DNA of 64,000 bases. It comes from an uncultured delta proteobacterium. GTDB lineage: Bacteria; Desulfobacterota; RBG-13-43-22. How positions within the stretch are numbered: the first letter of the stretch is position 1; the number at the start of each line of letters is the position of its first letter. Below the pieces are notes generated by a model. The model saw only the letters and a list, made by a program, of their open reading frames with translations, did not search any database and was not told where the DNA came from. This document shows, piece after piece, positions 50,697-61,452 of this stretch. Both the position numbers and the translations under genes were made by a program. The stretch is taken from assembly GCA_963711835.1 (NCBI GenBank), contig CAVQFQ010000012.1:83776-147775 (forward strand). The letters are read 5' to 3'.

Positions 50697-50757
50697 ACTC
50701 CTGCACAACCGCGGCTCCTATGCGGTCTGTTGCAGGCGCAGGTTCTGCAGAATTTTT

Positions 50758-50994
50758 TTATATCCGATCGTAATCTTCTGGTTCTGAATCAGGAACCTTT
50801 TTGAGCACTTTCTGAAAATTTTTCAAACTCGCCCTTTTGGCCCTTGATTCAATGTATTCTTCAGTCAATAGTGCGGACATTTTTTCTGCGGCAGCAGAGG
50901 CTACAAACTGATTAATGGAAATTCCATCTCGTTTAGCCAATTGTCTTATCTGTTCATGGAGAGACTTTGGGATACGCAGACTTAATGCACTCAT
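50758..50994 (-). CDS. Ribbon-helix-helix (HicB-like) antitoxin
   Basis: MSALSLRIPKSLH......AKRDGISINQF...A.AEK...RAKR.....F...L.KVPD.EP. Confidence 0.85.
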   Translation of the reverse strand: MSALSLRIPKSLHEQIRQLAKRDGISINQFVASAAAEKMSALLTEEYIESRAKRASLKNFQKVLKKVPDSEPEDYDRI

Positions 50995-51050
50995 GATATT
51001 ACTCCTATTTCGGCAAGGAATTCTCTTGGATCAAGAATTTTCAAACCATG
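50991..51050 (-). pseudogene. 3' remnant of a PIN-domain toxin
   Basis: GLKILDPREFLAEIGVIS* overlaps the antitoxin start (ATGA); cut at the GGGACG element end. Confidence 0.6.
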
Positions 51051-51083
51051 TGTAAAGCGTAAAGCGGGACGCTCTTTAGTAAC

Positions 51084-51215
51084 TGATTCCTGTGAAGTAA
51101 CCCTGGTTTTTGAAATAATGATGATTCTCACAATAATTTTTTGTAGTATTTACCGGATATTGAAAACAGCATATTTTATTATTTTACTTCAAATTGGGTT
51201 ACTTCTCAGGAATCA
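51084..51215. mobile_element. 132-bp MITE, copy 2
   Basis: Same TIRs as copy 1; 5-bp target duplication GTAAC; one substitution seen versus copy 1. Confidence 0.9.
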
Positions 51216-51228
51216 GTAACTTAATAAG

Positions 51229-51475
51229 TCAGTTTATCAGATTGAAATTGCCATTTTTGGCTATGAGCTCTCCTCTTTCCACGGCAAACCCCACTCCAGC
51301 AATACTCATTCCTAAAACCTTGGATAGCGCTGTAAGGGACATGCCTAATTCCCTTGCACCCCAAAAACACAGAATACTTCTTGCTTTTACTTTTCTGTTC
51401 CGCCGCCCCTTTGCTAAGACTTCATCGCTGCCCATGTTTAAGTCTTCAGCCACTCTCTCAGCAATACGATGGCTA
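51229..51475 (-). pseudogene. C-terminal HTH remnant of a RAYT-type transposase
   Basis: VKARSILCFWGARELGMSLTALSK.LG.S..GV..AVERGE, followed by an AGCGTCCC end motif. Confidence 0.7.
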
Positions 51476-51479
51476 TGAC

Positions 51480-51669
51480 TCACCTTATTGGTTCTATCCC
51501 AAGGTCTTTGCATATCTTTCTCGCAAGGTCATTGTCTGTTTCGGTGTGCCTTGGGACTGACGAGCGTTTGTTAAGACTTGGGATTGCCCCACCAGGAGTG
51601 TCGGCGGCCTTCTCTGATGAACTCACAGCCTTGGGTTCGAAGGTGTTTCAATAGCTCGGCTCTTTTCAT
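51480..51669 (-). CDS. hicA: HicA toxin (one +1 frameshift)
   Basis: MKRAELLKHLRTQGCEFIREGRRHSWW.NP / KRSSVPRHTE....LARKICKDLGI; overlaps the hicB stop (ATGA). Confidence 0.8.
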
Positions 51670-51884
51670 GCGGAGACGGCAATTCTTTCCTCTTCATATT
51701 CAGTTCCGGCGGAGGCTATGGCGTCTTGACGGTTAAATTCGATAGCTTCATGCAGAGTCGCGCGAAGGCTTTCTATTAGCTCCTCGCGGCTACGCTCCTG
51801 GCAGTTTACACCTGGAACCTCTTCTATCCATCCTATCCACCAATCGCCTTGCTGTTTTACTAATGCAGTATACTGGGTATCCAT
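51666..51884 (-). CDS. hicB: HicB antitoxin
   Basis: YTALVKQQGDWWIGWIEEVPGVNCQE.SREEL. Confidence 0.85.
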   Translation of the reverse strand: MDTQYTALVKQQGDWWIGWIEEVPGVNCQERSREELIESLRATLHEAIEFNRQDAIASAGTEYEEERIAVSA

Positions 51885-52138
51885 TCGATAGCCCTCCTTC
51901 CACCGAATTATAGCGGAAATCGATCTTCTTTGTTGGAATTTATTTTATTCTCGGGCCAGCAGGATCTCACCGGGGGTAATGGGCTTGAGTTATCTCATAA
52001 TAGACCGTGGTGTTGGTTCTACAATGCATTATTATGCGTCTCTCAAATTGTCCAGTATAGGGCTTCCGGGGTTCTGCATCCTTGTCCCCCGCAATTCCGC
52101 CCTTCTTCCGCGGTGAGAATAGGGGGGAGAGGCTACTC

Positions 52139-52227
52139 GATCCCGGATCGAGTCTGGGATGACGTTTTCACCCCCACCCCAACCCTCCCCCGTCGAAGGG
52201 GGAGGGAGTTCAAGGCGGGGAGAGGGC
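52139..52227. repeat. REP-like palindrome cluster
   Basis: GATCCCGGATCGAGTCTGGGATGAC and CCCCACCCCAACCCTCCCCCGTCGAAGGGGGAGGGAG. Confidence 0.55.
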
Positions 52228-52350
52228 CTCCTCCAGGATGAGGAAATCCGTTACTTATCGCAGCGCAGCGCAGAGCAAAGCGAAATTTTATCCCCGACCA
52301 CCTATGGCCCCGCCTGCGCGAACTACACATTTGAAAAAAGCGAGATGGTT

Positions 52351-53069
52351 TTAAACTTCCAGATATTTTTCGCGGGCCTGGGGAGTGGCATTTAATTCCT
52401 CGATGGTACCGGAAAATCCGATGTGGGCCTTGCCCATCAAATAGACGCGGTTGGCCAGGGACATGGCCACCTTGAGGTTGTGTTCCACCAGTAAAATGGA
52501 GACCCCGGCCTTATTGATCTCGGCCAGGATATCCCTGACCTCCCTGACCAGAAGAGGGCGCCAGGCCTTCGGTAGGTTCGTCAACCAGCAGCAATCTGGG
52601 ATTGCCCATCAGCGAGCGTCCGATGGTCAGCATCTGTTGTTCGCCCCCGGATAAAAACCGTCCTTTTTGATGGGCCCTACTCTTTCAACTTGGGGAAATG
52701 GTGGAAGATCCGTTCGACCGTCCAATGGTCCGGATTATCGGCGTCGGTCGTTTTCCCTCCCTTAACGCCTAAAAACAGGTTGTCCAGCACCGAGAGGTTG
52801 GGGAAAATCCGCCGCTCTTCCGGGACGTAGCCGATACCCCATCTGGCCACCTTGTAAGGGGGATGACCCGTAATGTCCCGGCCTTCAAAGACCACGGATC
52901 CCGATCTGGTTTTTACCAGACCCATGATACTCTTCAGGATGGTGCTCTTGCCCATGCCGTTTCGCCCCAACAGGCCGACAATCTCACCGCCGCTGATCGT
53001 GGCCGAAATTCCCTGCAACACATGACTGGCGCCGTAATAGGTATTTAGATCATGAATTTCCAGCAGCAT
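52351..53069 (-). CDS. livF: LIV-type ABC ATPase (frameshifted)
   Basis: [25 protein letters not shown] in the intervening frame, VEHN. Confidence 0.85.
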
Positions 53070-53071
53070 CC

Positions 53072-53824
53072 TTAAGTCTCCAGATCTCCCAGGTAGGCAT
53101 CCTTGACGTCCTGGTCCTGCCGTATCTCAGACGGTGTCCCGGTCTTAAGAATCGGCGCCGTAATGGAGAACGGTAATCCGGTCGGCCAGGGAAAAAACCA
53201 CATCCATATCGTGCTCGATGATGACCACGGTTTTTCCTTCGGTCAGCCTTCGGATCAACTCGACGGCGTTATGGGTTTCATCCTTGGACATACCGGCCGT
53301 GGGTTCGTCAAGCAGCACCAGATCCGGGTCCGTTGCCATGGCCAGACTGATTTCCAGGGATCGATGCTTCCCGTAGGACAGCACGCCGGCCGGGAAATCC
53401 CGTCTCCCTGTCCAGATTGATCCGTTTTAAGACCTCTTCGGTCTCTTGGGTAATTTCCTGCATCTTGTCCAATTTGCGAAACATCTGGAAGCGGATTCCA
53501 TTTTTGGAGAGGACAGCCTGTCGAATGTTCTGAAAAGTCGTCAAGCGATCAAAGGTGCTGGTGATCTGAAAGGATCGCCCCATGCCAAGGCGCGATAGTT
53601 GGTGAGGCTTTGGCTCCCGTGATATCTTTCCCTTTGAAGGACCACCTGTCCTTGCGTCGGGATGGTAAGTCCCGGTGATGACATTGAAGAGGGTGGTCTT
53701 TCCCGGCACCGTTGGGTCCGATGACGGCGTGCCGCTCTCCTTCTTTAACCTCCAGGTTGACGTCAAAAAGTACTTCCAACCCCTTGAAGTCGTGATAAAG
53801 TCCTTTGGTCTCCAGGATATTCAT
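53072..53824 (-). CDS. livG: LIV-type ABC ATPase (several frameshifts)
   Basis: MNILETKGL...GPNGAGK, RSFQIT, LSYG..R.LEI, LDEPTAGM, IEHDM. Confidence 0.85.
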
Positions 53825-54798
53825 GAAACCGTCTCCTTTTGAAACCATTTTGCCTTGACCGTATTGAAAAGACCGATCAGACCCTGGGGGGCAAATAAGA
53901 CCACCAGGATGAAGATTGTTCCGTTTACCAGGCCGATCCGCGGAGTAAATCGAATAACCACATCTTCTAAAATGTGAAGGACAGATGAGCCGATAATCGG
54001 GCCGAAAAAGCTCCCTATTCCCCCGATATAGGCCATCATGAGGGGTTTGAAGGAGGTACCTATGTCCAATACGCCCACTGTGGAAACCAGTTTCATCAGC
54101 AGGGCGTGAACCGCACCGGCAATCCCGGCGAAGGCCCCACAAACGGTCAAATTGATCGCCTTGGTTTGCGGGAGATTAAAACCCAGGTAGTCCATCCGCA
54201 GGGCATTATCCCGGATGCCCACGATGAGGCTGCCGAAAGGGGTCTTGGTATAAAACCACAAGAGGTAAAGGCAGATGGCTACCACGACAACAGCAAAATA
54301 ATAAAAGTTTATCTTATCGGTCATATCAATGGACACTAAGCCTGGGATGTTGAGCGGCGGAATGGATGTTACCCCAATACCGTCCTCCCCGCCGGTTACC
54401 TCTCGATACTTCAGGGCGGCGACAAATATGACCATGCTAAAGGCCAGGGTCAACATGGCAAAAGCGGTCCCGCTTACCCGGACCAGTAAAGGACTTAAGG
54501 CCAAGGCCAAAAGGCCGGCGGCTAACCCGCCGATAAGGATTGTCGGTAACAGGGGAAATCCCTCGATATGCCTCAAGGCCAGGGCGGCTACATAGGCCCC
54601 GGTGCCGAAAAACATGGCGTGGCCAAAGCTGAGGACCCCCATATAGCCCAAGAGCAAATTAAGCGTGACCGCATACAGGGAGAAAATGGCAAAGGCCATA
54701 AAGAGATTGAGATAATAGAAGTTGACCAAATGTGGAAAGACGGCCAGAAGAATGATGACCACACCCCAGAGAATCCAATTATATAGCTTTGTCCTCAT
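53821..54798 (-). CDS. livM: LIV-type ABC permease
   Basis: SFGHAMFF, FAMLTLAF, TGGEDG, IRDN. Confidence 0.93.
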   Translation of the reverse strand: MRTKLYNWILWGVVIILLAVFPHLVNFYYLNLFMAFAIFSLYAVTLNLLLGYMGVLSFGHAMFFGTGAYVAALALRHIEGFPLLPTILIGGLAAGLLALALSPLLVRVSGTAFAMLTLAFSMVIFVAALKYREVTGGEDGIGVTSIPPLNIPGLVSIDMTDKINFYYFAVVVVAICLYLLWFYTKTPFGSLIVGIRDNALRMDYLGFNLPQTKAINLTVCGAFAGIAGAVHALLMKLVSTVGVLDIGTSFKPLMMAYIGGIGSFFGPIIGSSVLHILEDVVIRFTPRIGLVNGTIFILVVLFAPQGLIGLFNTVKAKWFQKETVS

Positions 54799-55669
54799 TC
54801 TCTTTCTCCAAATAGCCCCATGGGTTTAAAGGCTAATACGATGGCCATGAAGGCGAACATCAGGACCGGGGCCAGCCGGGGAATAAACTGGATGCCGTAG
54901 GCATTCAACTCCCCAAGGAACAAGGCGACAATAAAGGCCCCCAGGAGACTTCCGAAGCCTCCCACAACCACCACCACAAAGGCATCCATGCCCAACTGGT
55001 CGGCCATTCCGGGAAATACGGTCAGCAGGGGGCCGGCCACGGCCCCGGCTACGCCGGCCAGCCAAATCCCGATTCCAAACACCAGCATAAAGACCAGGGG
55101 GGTATTAATCCCCAGGGCACTGACCATTTCTGAGTCGGAAACGGCTGCCTGGACGATTTTCCCCAAACGGGTTTTGAAGAGAATCAAGGCCATAAAACCC
55201 AAAATCAGGATGGATAGTCCGATAACAAAAAGACGATAGACGGGATAGGTCAGACCGGCAATTTTCAACAACCCGCCCAGACCCTCCGGTATCTTGACCA
55301 CCAGACTCTCGGTGCCCCAGAAGAGTTTTACGAGTTCCATGATAAGCGTCATGATTCCCACGGTTATGAGGAGTTCGGCCAGGTGTCCATGTTTATGTAC
55401 GGTTCTCAAAAGAAAACGCTCGGTCAGGACCCCGCAGATACCGGCAACAACCGGTGCAATCAGCAATCCCGCCCAAAAATTTCCGGTCAGTTTTAAAACC
55501 GTGAAACAGAAATAGGCGGCCAACATGGCAAAAGAAGCATGGGCCAGGTTAAGAATCCCCATCATGCCGAAGATCAGGGTAAGACCGGAAGCAACCAGAA
55601 AAAGCAACATGCCGTAGGCCAGGCCATGAAGTGGCTTGAGACAACATACAAGATGGCGGATGGGCTCAT
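54795..55669 (-). CDS. livH: LIV-type ABC permease (probable frameshift near the start)
   Basis: HGLAYGMLLFLVASGLTLIFG...NLAH, GGFGSL.GA, KPMGLFG; AGGAGG RBS before ATG 55669. Confidence 0.9.
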
Positions 55670-55750
55670 CTTTTTTATATCCTCCTGCTAAATGAAGTCA
55701 AAAGAGGGAACTGTTAAAACTTACAGTTAAAAACGGTTCAATAATTCCCC

Positions 55751-55790
55751 TTAAAGCTCGTCTCCAAACATAAATGGAGACGAGCTTTAA
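55751..55790 (-). terminator. Stem-loop between livK and livH
   Basis: TTAAAGCTCGTCTCCA-8 nt-TGGAGACGAGCTTTAA, perfect 16-bp stem. Confidence 0.65.
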
Positions 55791-55808
55791 GCCGGGCATT
55801 AAAACACC

Positions 55809-57244
55809 CTATTTCTTTGCTGGTGCGGCAGGTTTTTCAACTTTCTTAGCCGGTGCGGCTGGTTTTTGAAGTCCCGTTACGCGTCCCACGAGTTTTACAT
55901 CGATAGCGGGCAAGCAGTCTTTGGACGGTATCCAAGTAGGAACACCGGCTGCAGCGTTTTTGGGCTGTTCCCAGGTATTGGGAAACTCCATTTCGGCAAT
56001 GGGTCGGTCGGCGACAACCTGATGGTCATCGGGCCGCATATAATGTTTCCAGCCGAAAGCATCGAAGGTGTCTCCCTCCCAGGCGGCGATGATCTTCTTC
56101 GGATCGGTGCTGCCGGCCTTCTGTAAAGCTTGGAAGAACCAGTAGTAGCCGGTGAGGTTTCTATACCAACCGCCGTTTACCCATTGGTATAACGGTGTAT
56201 TATAGGGGGCCTTCCAGGTCTTCCACAGCTTGTTCCAGAGTGTCGTTTAATTTTTTAGCAGCAGGTAGCCTGCGGTCCAGTTGAAAATCGGTGCACAGAA
56301 CAAGACCACGACCGGCCGGACCGCCGATTACCTCCAGGGGACGGGTGTCATCCAGGAAAGGGCTGGCCATGGGGATAAAAAGATCGGGGTTCAAGGGACT
56401 TTTTAAACCAAGTTGCCTGGATTGCTTGATCAGGTTCTCATTATCCGCCCCCCAGGCCATAGTGACAACCACCTCGGCGCCGGAGGCCCTGACCTTTTCC
56501 AGATAGGGGGCAAAGTCCTTGGCGAACAGGGGAAAGAATTCTTCACCGACGATCTGGGCATTGGGTTTGACTTCTTTTATGGTCTTTTTGAAGACGGTAG
56601 TCGATTCGTGTCCCCAGACATAGTCCTGGGCTAAGATGTAAAACTTGGTTTCCGGTCGGTTTTTGTAAAAAATCCGCCAGAGCCTTGGCGGTAGTGGAAG
56701 AGGACCCGCAGGTTCGAAAATAATATTCATTAAAATCCGGAAGCATGTTCAATTCATCGGAGTAGGCGGACACGTTTACGAAAATAATCTTATACTCCTT
56801 GGACAGGTTCTGACCGATCTTGGCCAGATGGGTGCCGGCCACTCCCGAATAGGCCAGAATCTTGTCCTGCAGGATGGACTTTTCCAGGGCCCGTTTGGCC
56901 GGGTCAGGCGCCGACTGGGTATCAATCTTGATGATCTCGACCTTTTTCATCTTGCCGTCTACCTTGATTCCGCCCTGGGAGTTGATATCCTGGGCAACAA
57001 AGCCAAGTAAGGCATAATAGGCTTCACCAAGATAGGCGTTTGCCCCAGAAAAGGAATCCCAGATGGCGAACTTGATCGTATCCCCGGAAGTGGGAAAGGT
57101 TTGATTATTGGGATCATATTTGGCAAGGTCCCCTTTGAGGGGAACAAAAGCCCCGGCCTGCGGCAGGCCGATTAAAAAAACGAAAAACATAAAAATGCAT
57201 CCCATTACGATCCATTGTCCCTGAAACTTACCCTTTGCTTTCAT
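55809..57244 (-). CDS. livK: LIV-type substrate-binding protein (several frameshifts)
   Basis: Signal peptide, INSQGGI, YYFRT, QDYVWG, KDFAPY, MRPDDHQ. Confidence 0.85.
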
Positions 57245-57309
57245 TTTTTCCTCCTTTTAAAGATTTATTCTTTGGTTGCTTTGGTTAAAAAGTTTAAATT
57301 GAAAAAATT

Positions 57310-58435
57310 GGGGTCAAATCTTAAATAATGACATTCTATGTCCCTGCCAAACAAATACCAAACATCCAGGCTGCCGGATTACTATACCACAGCGTTTGTT
57401 CAATGGCCCAGCTTTCCGGCAATTGCTTCAAATTTCCTCCTAAGTTCAAGGTCACCAGCCATCCTTACGATCAGCCTTTTCCTTTCCTGGCTTACGGCAT
57501 TATAACTCACTTCAAAGATTTTTCCAATTTCTTCCCCCTTTAAACCCCCTTTCCGGTATAACAATTCCATGGCCATTCGACGCAGATCTCCTTTAGCGGC
57601 CTTCAACTCCTCCAGGGTCTTTCCGGTTTCAGCCATAATATGCTGCAGGATTTCTCCACGCGCCTTATACCGGGTTATTTCCCGGGAGCCGCTATATTCC
57701 CGGTCAAGTCCGCTTTTAAGAAACCCCTCCTTAATCCATTGAATAAATTCTTCCGAACCCAGGATGCTCCCACCGAGTACTTTTCCACCCAGCTCTAATT
57801 TTCCCGAGATATCTTCCTTAATCCTTTTTCGATAACCACGCCGGCCGGTTGGATTATCCCCTCCAAACTCGGCCAAAATTAAGGAATAATCCACTCCATC
57901 CAATTTTTTATTCTGATCGATATAGCTCTTAAGCGTGCTCCAGGGATAGGCTGCCAAAACCTTCATCTTTTCCGGAGAGGTTTTTGATGCCATGGCCTTG
58001 GTTCGAATGGGGTTCAAATGAATGTACCGGGAGAGTTCGGATAAATAGGTTTCTTTTTCGACAAGCAGGCTCTTATACCGCCCCTGGTAAAGGTGGCCGA
58101 CTCGCTGGTATTTCCGATTAAAATAACCGGTGTAGGTAATGTTGAACCGCCGCATGAATTGGTCCAGATTCCCCAAGGGGGTCTCCAAAAGCAGATGGAA
58201 ATGGTTTTTCATCAATACCCAGACGTATACCTTCACCTGGTATATTTTTTGGGAGCTCCTCAAGATGGCCAAGAATTTGGCCCGGTCTTCATCATCCCTG
58301 AAGATCTCCTTCTTTTCGTTGCCCCGGCAGGCCACATGATAGAAGGCTCCGGGATATTGGATTCTTAAAGGACGACTCATAACGTATCCTATATCATACT
58401 ATAAGCCTTAATGTCACTATCTAAGATTTGACCCC
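57310..58435. mobile_element. RAYT element with 26-bp terminal inverted repeats
   Basis: GGGGTCAAATCTTAAATAATGACATT (57310-57335) and AATGTCACTATCTAAGATTTGACCCC (58410-58435), 24/26 match. Confidence 0.85.
57400..58380 (-). CDS. REP-associated tyrosine (Y1 HUH) transposase with C-terminal DnaA-like HTH
   Basis: MSRPLRI.YPGAFYHV..RGN, LMKNHFHLL (HUH), GHLYQGRYKS, YIHLNP, YPWS. Confidence 0.93.
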   Translation of the reverse strand: MSRPLRIQYPGAFYHVACRGNEKKEIFRDDEDRAKFLAILRSSQKIYQVKVYVWVLMKNHFHLLLETPLGNLDQFMRRFNITYTGYFNRKYQRVGHLYQGRYKSLLVEKETYLSELSRYIHLNPIRTKAMASKTSPEKMKVLAAYPWSTLKSYIDQNKKLDGVDYSLILAEFGGDNPTGRRGYRKRIKEDISGKLELGGKVLGGSILGSEEFIQWIKEGFLKSGLDREYSGSREITRYKARGEILQHIMAETGKTLEELKAAKGDLRRMAMELLYRKGGLKGEEIGKIFEVSYNAVSQERKRLIVRMAGDLELRRKFEAIAGKLGH

Positions 58436-58484
58436 TTTTTCTTCTTTTTCTTTCCTCCCTCAAGAGAGGGGGAGGTATCGGACA

Positions 58485-58528
58485 GCCCCCTGCCCCCCCT
58501 TTATCAAAGGGGGATGAAGGGGGATTTT
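58485..58528. repeat. CCCCCCTTT..AAAGGGGG REP-like palindrome
   Basis: CCCCCCCTTTATCAAAGGGGGATGAAGGGGGATTT. Confidence 0.5.
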
Positions 58529-58836
58529 TTCAGATCGGTTGGCTAAGGGATTAATTTCTTTTGAAACGTTTAGGTTGAGTTACGTTAAAGTCGTGAAAAA
58601 AGGTTTCAGGAACCTACGGCAAATTGTTTTTCAATTTAAGGAATGATTATTATTGAACCTTGATCGTCAATTTTGGTGAGATATGAAATATTTTTAGATA
58701 TCATATAATTTATCTCCGACTTATTGTCAAAAGAAAATTTCTATTTTCTACTTGACTCCCATTTTCCCCCCAATTTATACTCGCCCCATCCGAAGGCAGC
58801 TTGTAAAAAAACAGAAAGGAATTTATTAACCAACTT

Positions 58837-61021
58837 ATGCAATACACCAAATCCCATCTTGATCATGGATATGCCAATCAAATAGTGAATATAGATGTAG
58901 GCACAGGCGCTATCCATGTCGACCAACTCGATCCGAAGCTAAGGGACTTCTTTATTGGAGGCCGGGGCCTGGGTTTGTATCTCCTGCATAGGAGGATAAC
59001 CTTAAAAACCTCCGCCTATGATCCGGAAAACCCCCTGATCCTGTCTCCGGGGCCTCTTGGGGGCATTCCTCAATTCCCCGGAACCAGCAAATGCATGGCC
59101 ATATCCCTATCTCCGATAACGCACCTACCCGGCGTTTCAAATTTTGGAGGACACTTCGGGGCTTACCTTAAATATGCCGGTTTCGATGCCCTGGAAATAA
59201 CCGGCAAGACCGAGAACGCCCTCATGATCGTCATCGACGGCTTTAAAAACGAGATAACCCTGACCCCGTCGCCGGTCATTGATCAGGTCTTTGAACTGGA
59301 GAAATCCCTAGTCGATCGATTCGTGAGCCAGGGTTATGATAAAAAGGATATGGTCTTCCTTACCACCGGCATCGGAGCCGCCAGCACGACTTATGGATGT
59401 ATCAACAGCCATTATTATGATCCCACCAAACCGGTTGATGGAACCAGGGGCATCTTTCGAACCAAGCAGGCCGGCAGGACCGGTCTGGGTTCGGTCATGA
59501 TGGATAAAAATATCAGGGCGGTCGTCATCCTGGCCGAATACCCCCATGGCGAAAATCCCTACGGGGCCCATGACTGGAACAGGGTAAAAAAGGCCGGGGC
59601 GCAGCTTCACAAAGTGGTCAAGGAGGTCGATCCGAATTCCCTGCAGATGCACCGCAAAGGCTCTGCCGGGCTGATCTCCTTCATGAACAAGGAGGCCTTT
59701 CAGTCCCTGCCGGTGAACAATTACCAGTTTGGATCAGACCCTCGGGCGGAGCAGATATGCGGGACAACCTATGCGGAGAGGTTGTTCGAGCATCGAGGGT
59801 ATGGACGGCTGTTTTCCGGGATGCAATCTGAGATGCACCAAGGGAGGCTGGGTGACCTTGACCTCCGGTGAGCGCCGGGAGAGGGTCTGGGTTGACGGCC
59901 CGGAATATGAAACCGCGGCGGGATTCGGCTCCAACCTCGGCATGTGGCATCCCGAATTTATCATGGAGGCCAACTGGCACTGCGATAACTACGGCATAGA
60001 TACCATCACCGTAGCCGTCATCATGGCCTTTTTAATGGAATGCTTTCAGAGAGGGTATCTGACCAAAGAGGATACCGAGGGATTTGAATTAACCTGGGGT
60101 GATGAACAGGCGGCCCTGGCCTTTATCCATCAGATTGCCCGCAGGGAGACGGAACTGGCTGAGACAGCCGGCAGGGGAATGCTCGAGTTGATGAACTGGG
60201 TAGCGGATAAATATGCCAAGAGGACAGGAAAGCCGGCTCCAACCCAAGAGATCGAGCGATTTGCCATGCAGGCCAAGGGGCTTCCCTTCTCTCTTTACCG
60301 GACGCACCGCTCGTTATCCATGCAGGGTTCCTATGCCGCCGCCAGCGATATCGGCGCCCATCATGCGGCGGCCTGGCTCATCAAGGTCGACCTGCTGGGC
60401 GCCTTTCCCACTCTTGAGGCCAGGGCCAGGGCCTTGATCACCTATCCCCGGGTCCGCCTGGGAAATGATAATCTGGGTCTGTGCAAGCTCCCCTGGGTGG
60501 ATGTCTTCAATCCGGAATCCGAAAAGAAAAAGGATACAGATAAATACATCAACCCGGCCTCCCAGGAGATATATGCCGATTTCTATAACGGGATGCTGGG
60601 AACGGAGTTGACCTGGGAAAAAATCTTCGAACAGACGGATCGGGATATTAACCTGCAGCGGGTCATGAACGTCATGGTCTATGGCAGAGAAACCGGAAAA
60701 CACGACTGGATACCCGACCGGGCTATCGGACCCACGGATGACCCGCTCTATGAGGCTGAAAGGGATTATCATGAAGGGGAACTGAGCCGGATTCTGGAAA
60801 AACCTCTCTCGGATATGACCGTTATGGGTACATCTGAAAAACGCGAGATCTTGATCAGCTTCAGAAAAGAGCAGTTACGCAAACTGATCCAGATCTATTA
60901 TCAGGAACGCGGCTGGAACGATTCCGGAATCCCGACGATTGAGACTTTGCAAAGAGTCGGGTTATGGGATTTCCTGAACGGGGAAACAAAGACAAGAATC
61001 AGCGAGCTTCTTGGCGCTTAA
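58837..61021 (+). CDS. aor: Aldehyde:ferredoxin oxidoreductase family (W/Mo-pterin, 4Fe-4S); frameshift near 59800
   Basis: FIGGRGLG, SP.T....SNFGGHFG..LK.AGFD, AGRTGLGSVM, CFPGCNLRC, GPEYET, DNYGIDTI, GLCKLPW, YYQERGW. Confidence 0.9.
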
Positions 61022-61084
61022 GGGTCAACCTTTTCCCTTATCTGGTAAAGCCGTGAAGACCCTCTCGCTCCGGAGGAATTGTCC

Positions 61085-61128
61085 GGGGCTTGCGGCGCCT
61101 TCGTGCCGCAAGCCCCTTCGCGTTTTTC
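61085..61128 (+). terminator. Probable intrinsic terminator after aor
   Basis: GGGGCTTGCGGC...GCCGCAAGCCCC followed by a T-rich tail. Confidence 0.55.
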
Positions 61129-61452
61129 GCGTTCATCCTGATAATCCTCCTTTCTAAAATTAATGCAATCTTCCGAAAAAACCATGAAACCGTTAGTTCG
61201 GTCTCATGGTTTAAGCGTTCTGATAATATCTGCTAAACCCGGCAACTTCTGAAGGAATCCTCCCGCTTCCTTCGGAGGCATCCTATCGGCCATTTCTGAT
61301 AATTCCAGACTCTCATTTTAACCCTTTGTAAGATAGGGGCTCTATTATACATATACTTCTCTCTTATAAGTTTAAAAAGTTGGCAACGTCCCCTGATGAC
61401 TTCACTTCACAGCCGATCCGAATACCAACCGGACTGCTTGTTTGCACTACCT

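Noticed and set aside
57344-57362. Sigma-54-like GG-N10-GC (TTGGTATTTGTTTGGCA, minus strand) upstream of the third livK
   Set aside because: The -12 element deviates from TTGC, it lies inside the RAYT element, and no enhancer-binding protein is nearby; too weak to call.
61140-61393. Possible further decayed RAYT fragment next to a CAACGTCCCC end
   Set aside because: Only the end motif is clear; the translated similarity is too weak to support by eye.
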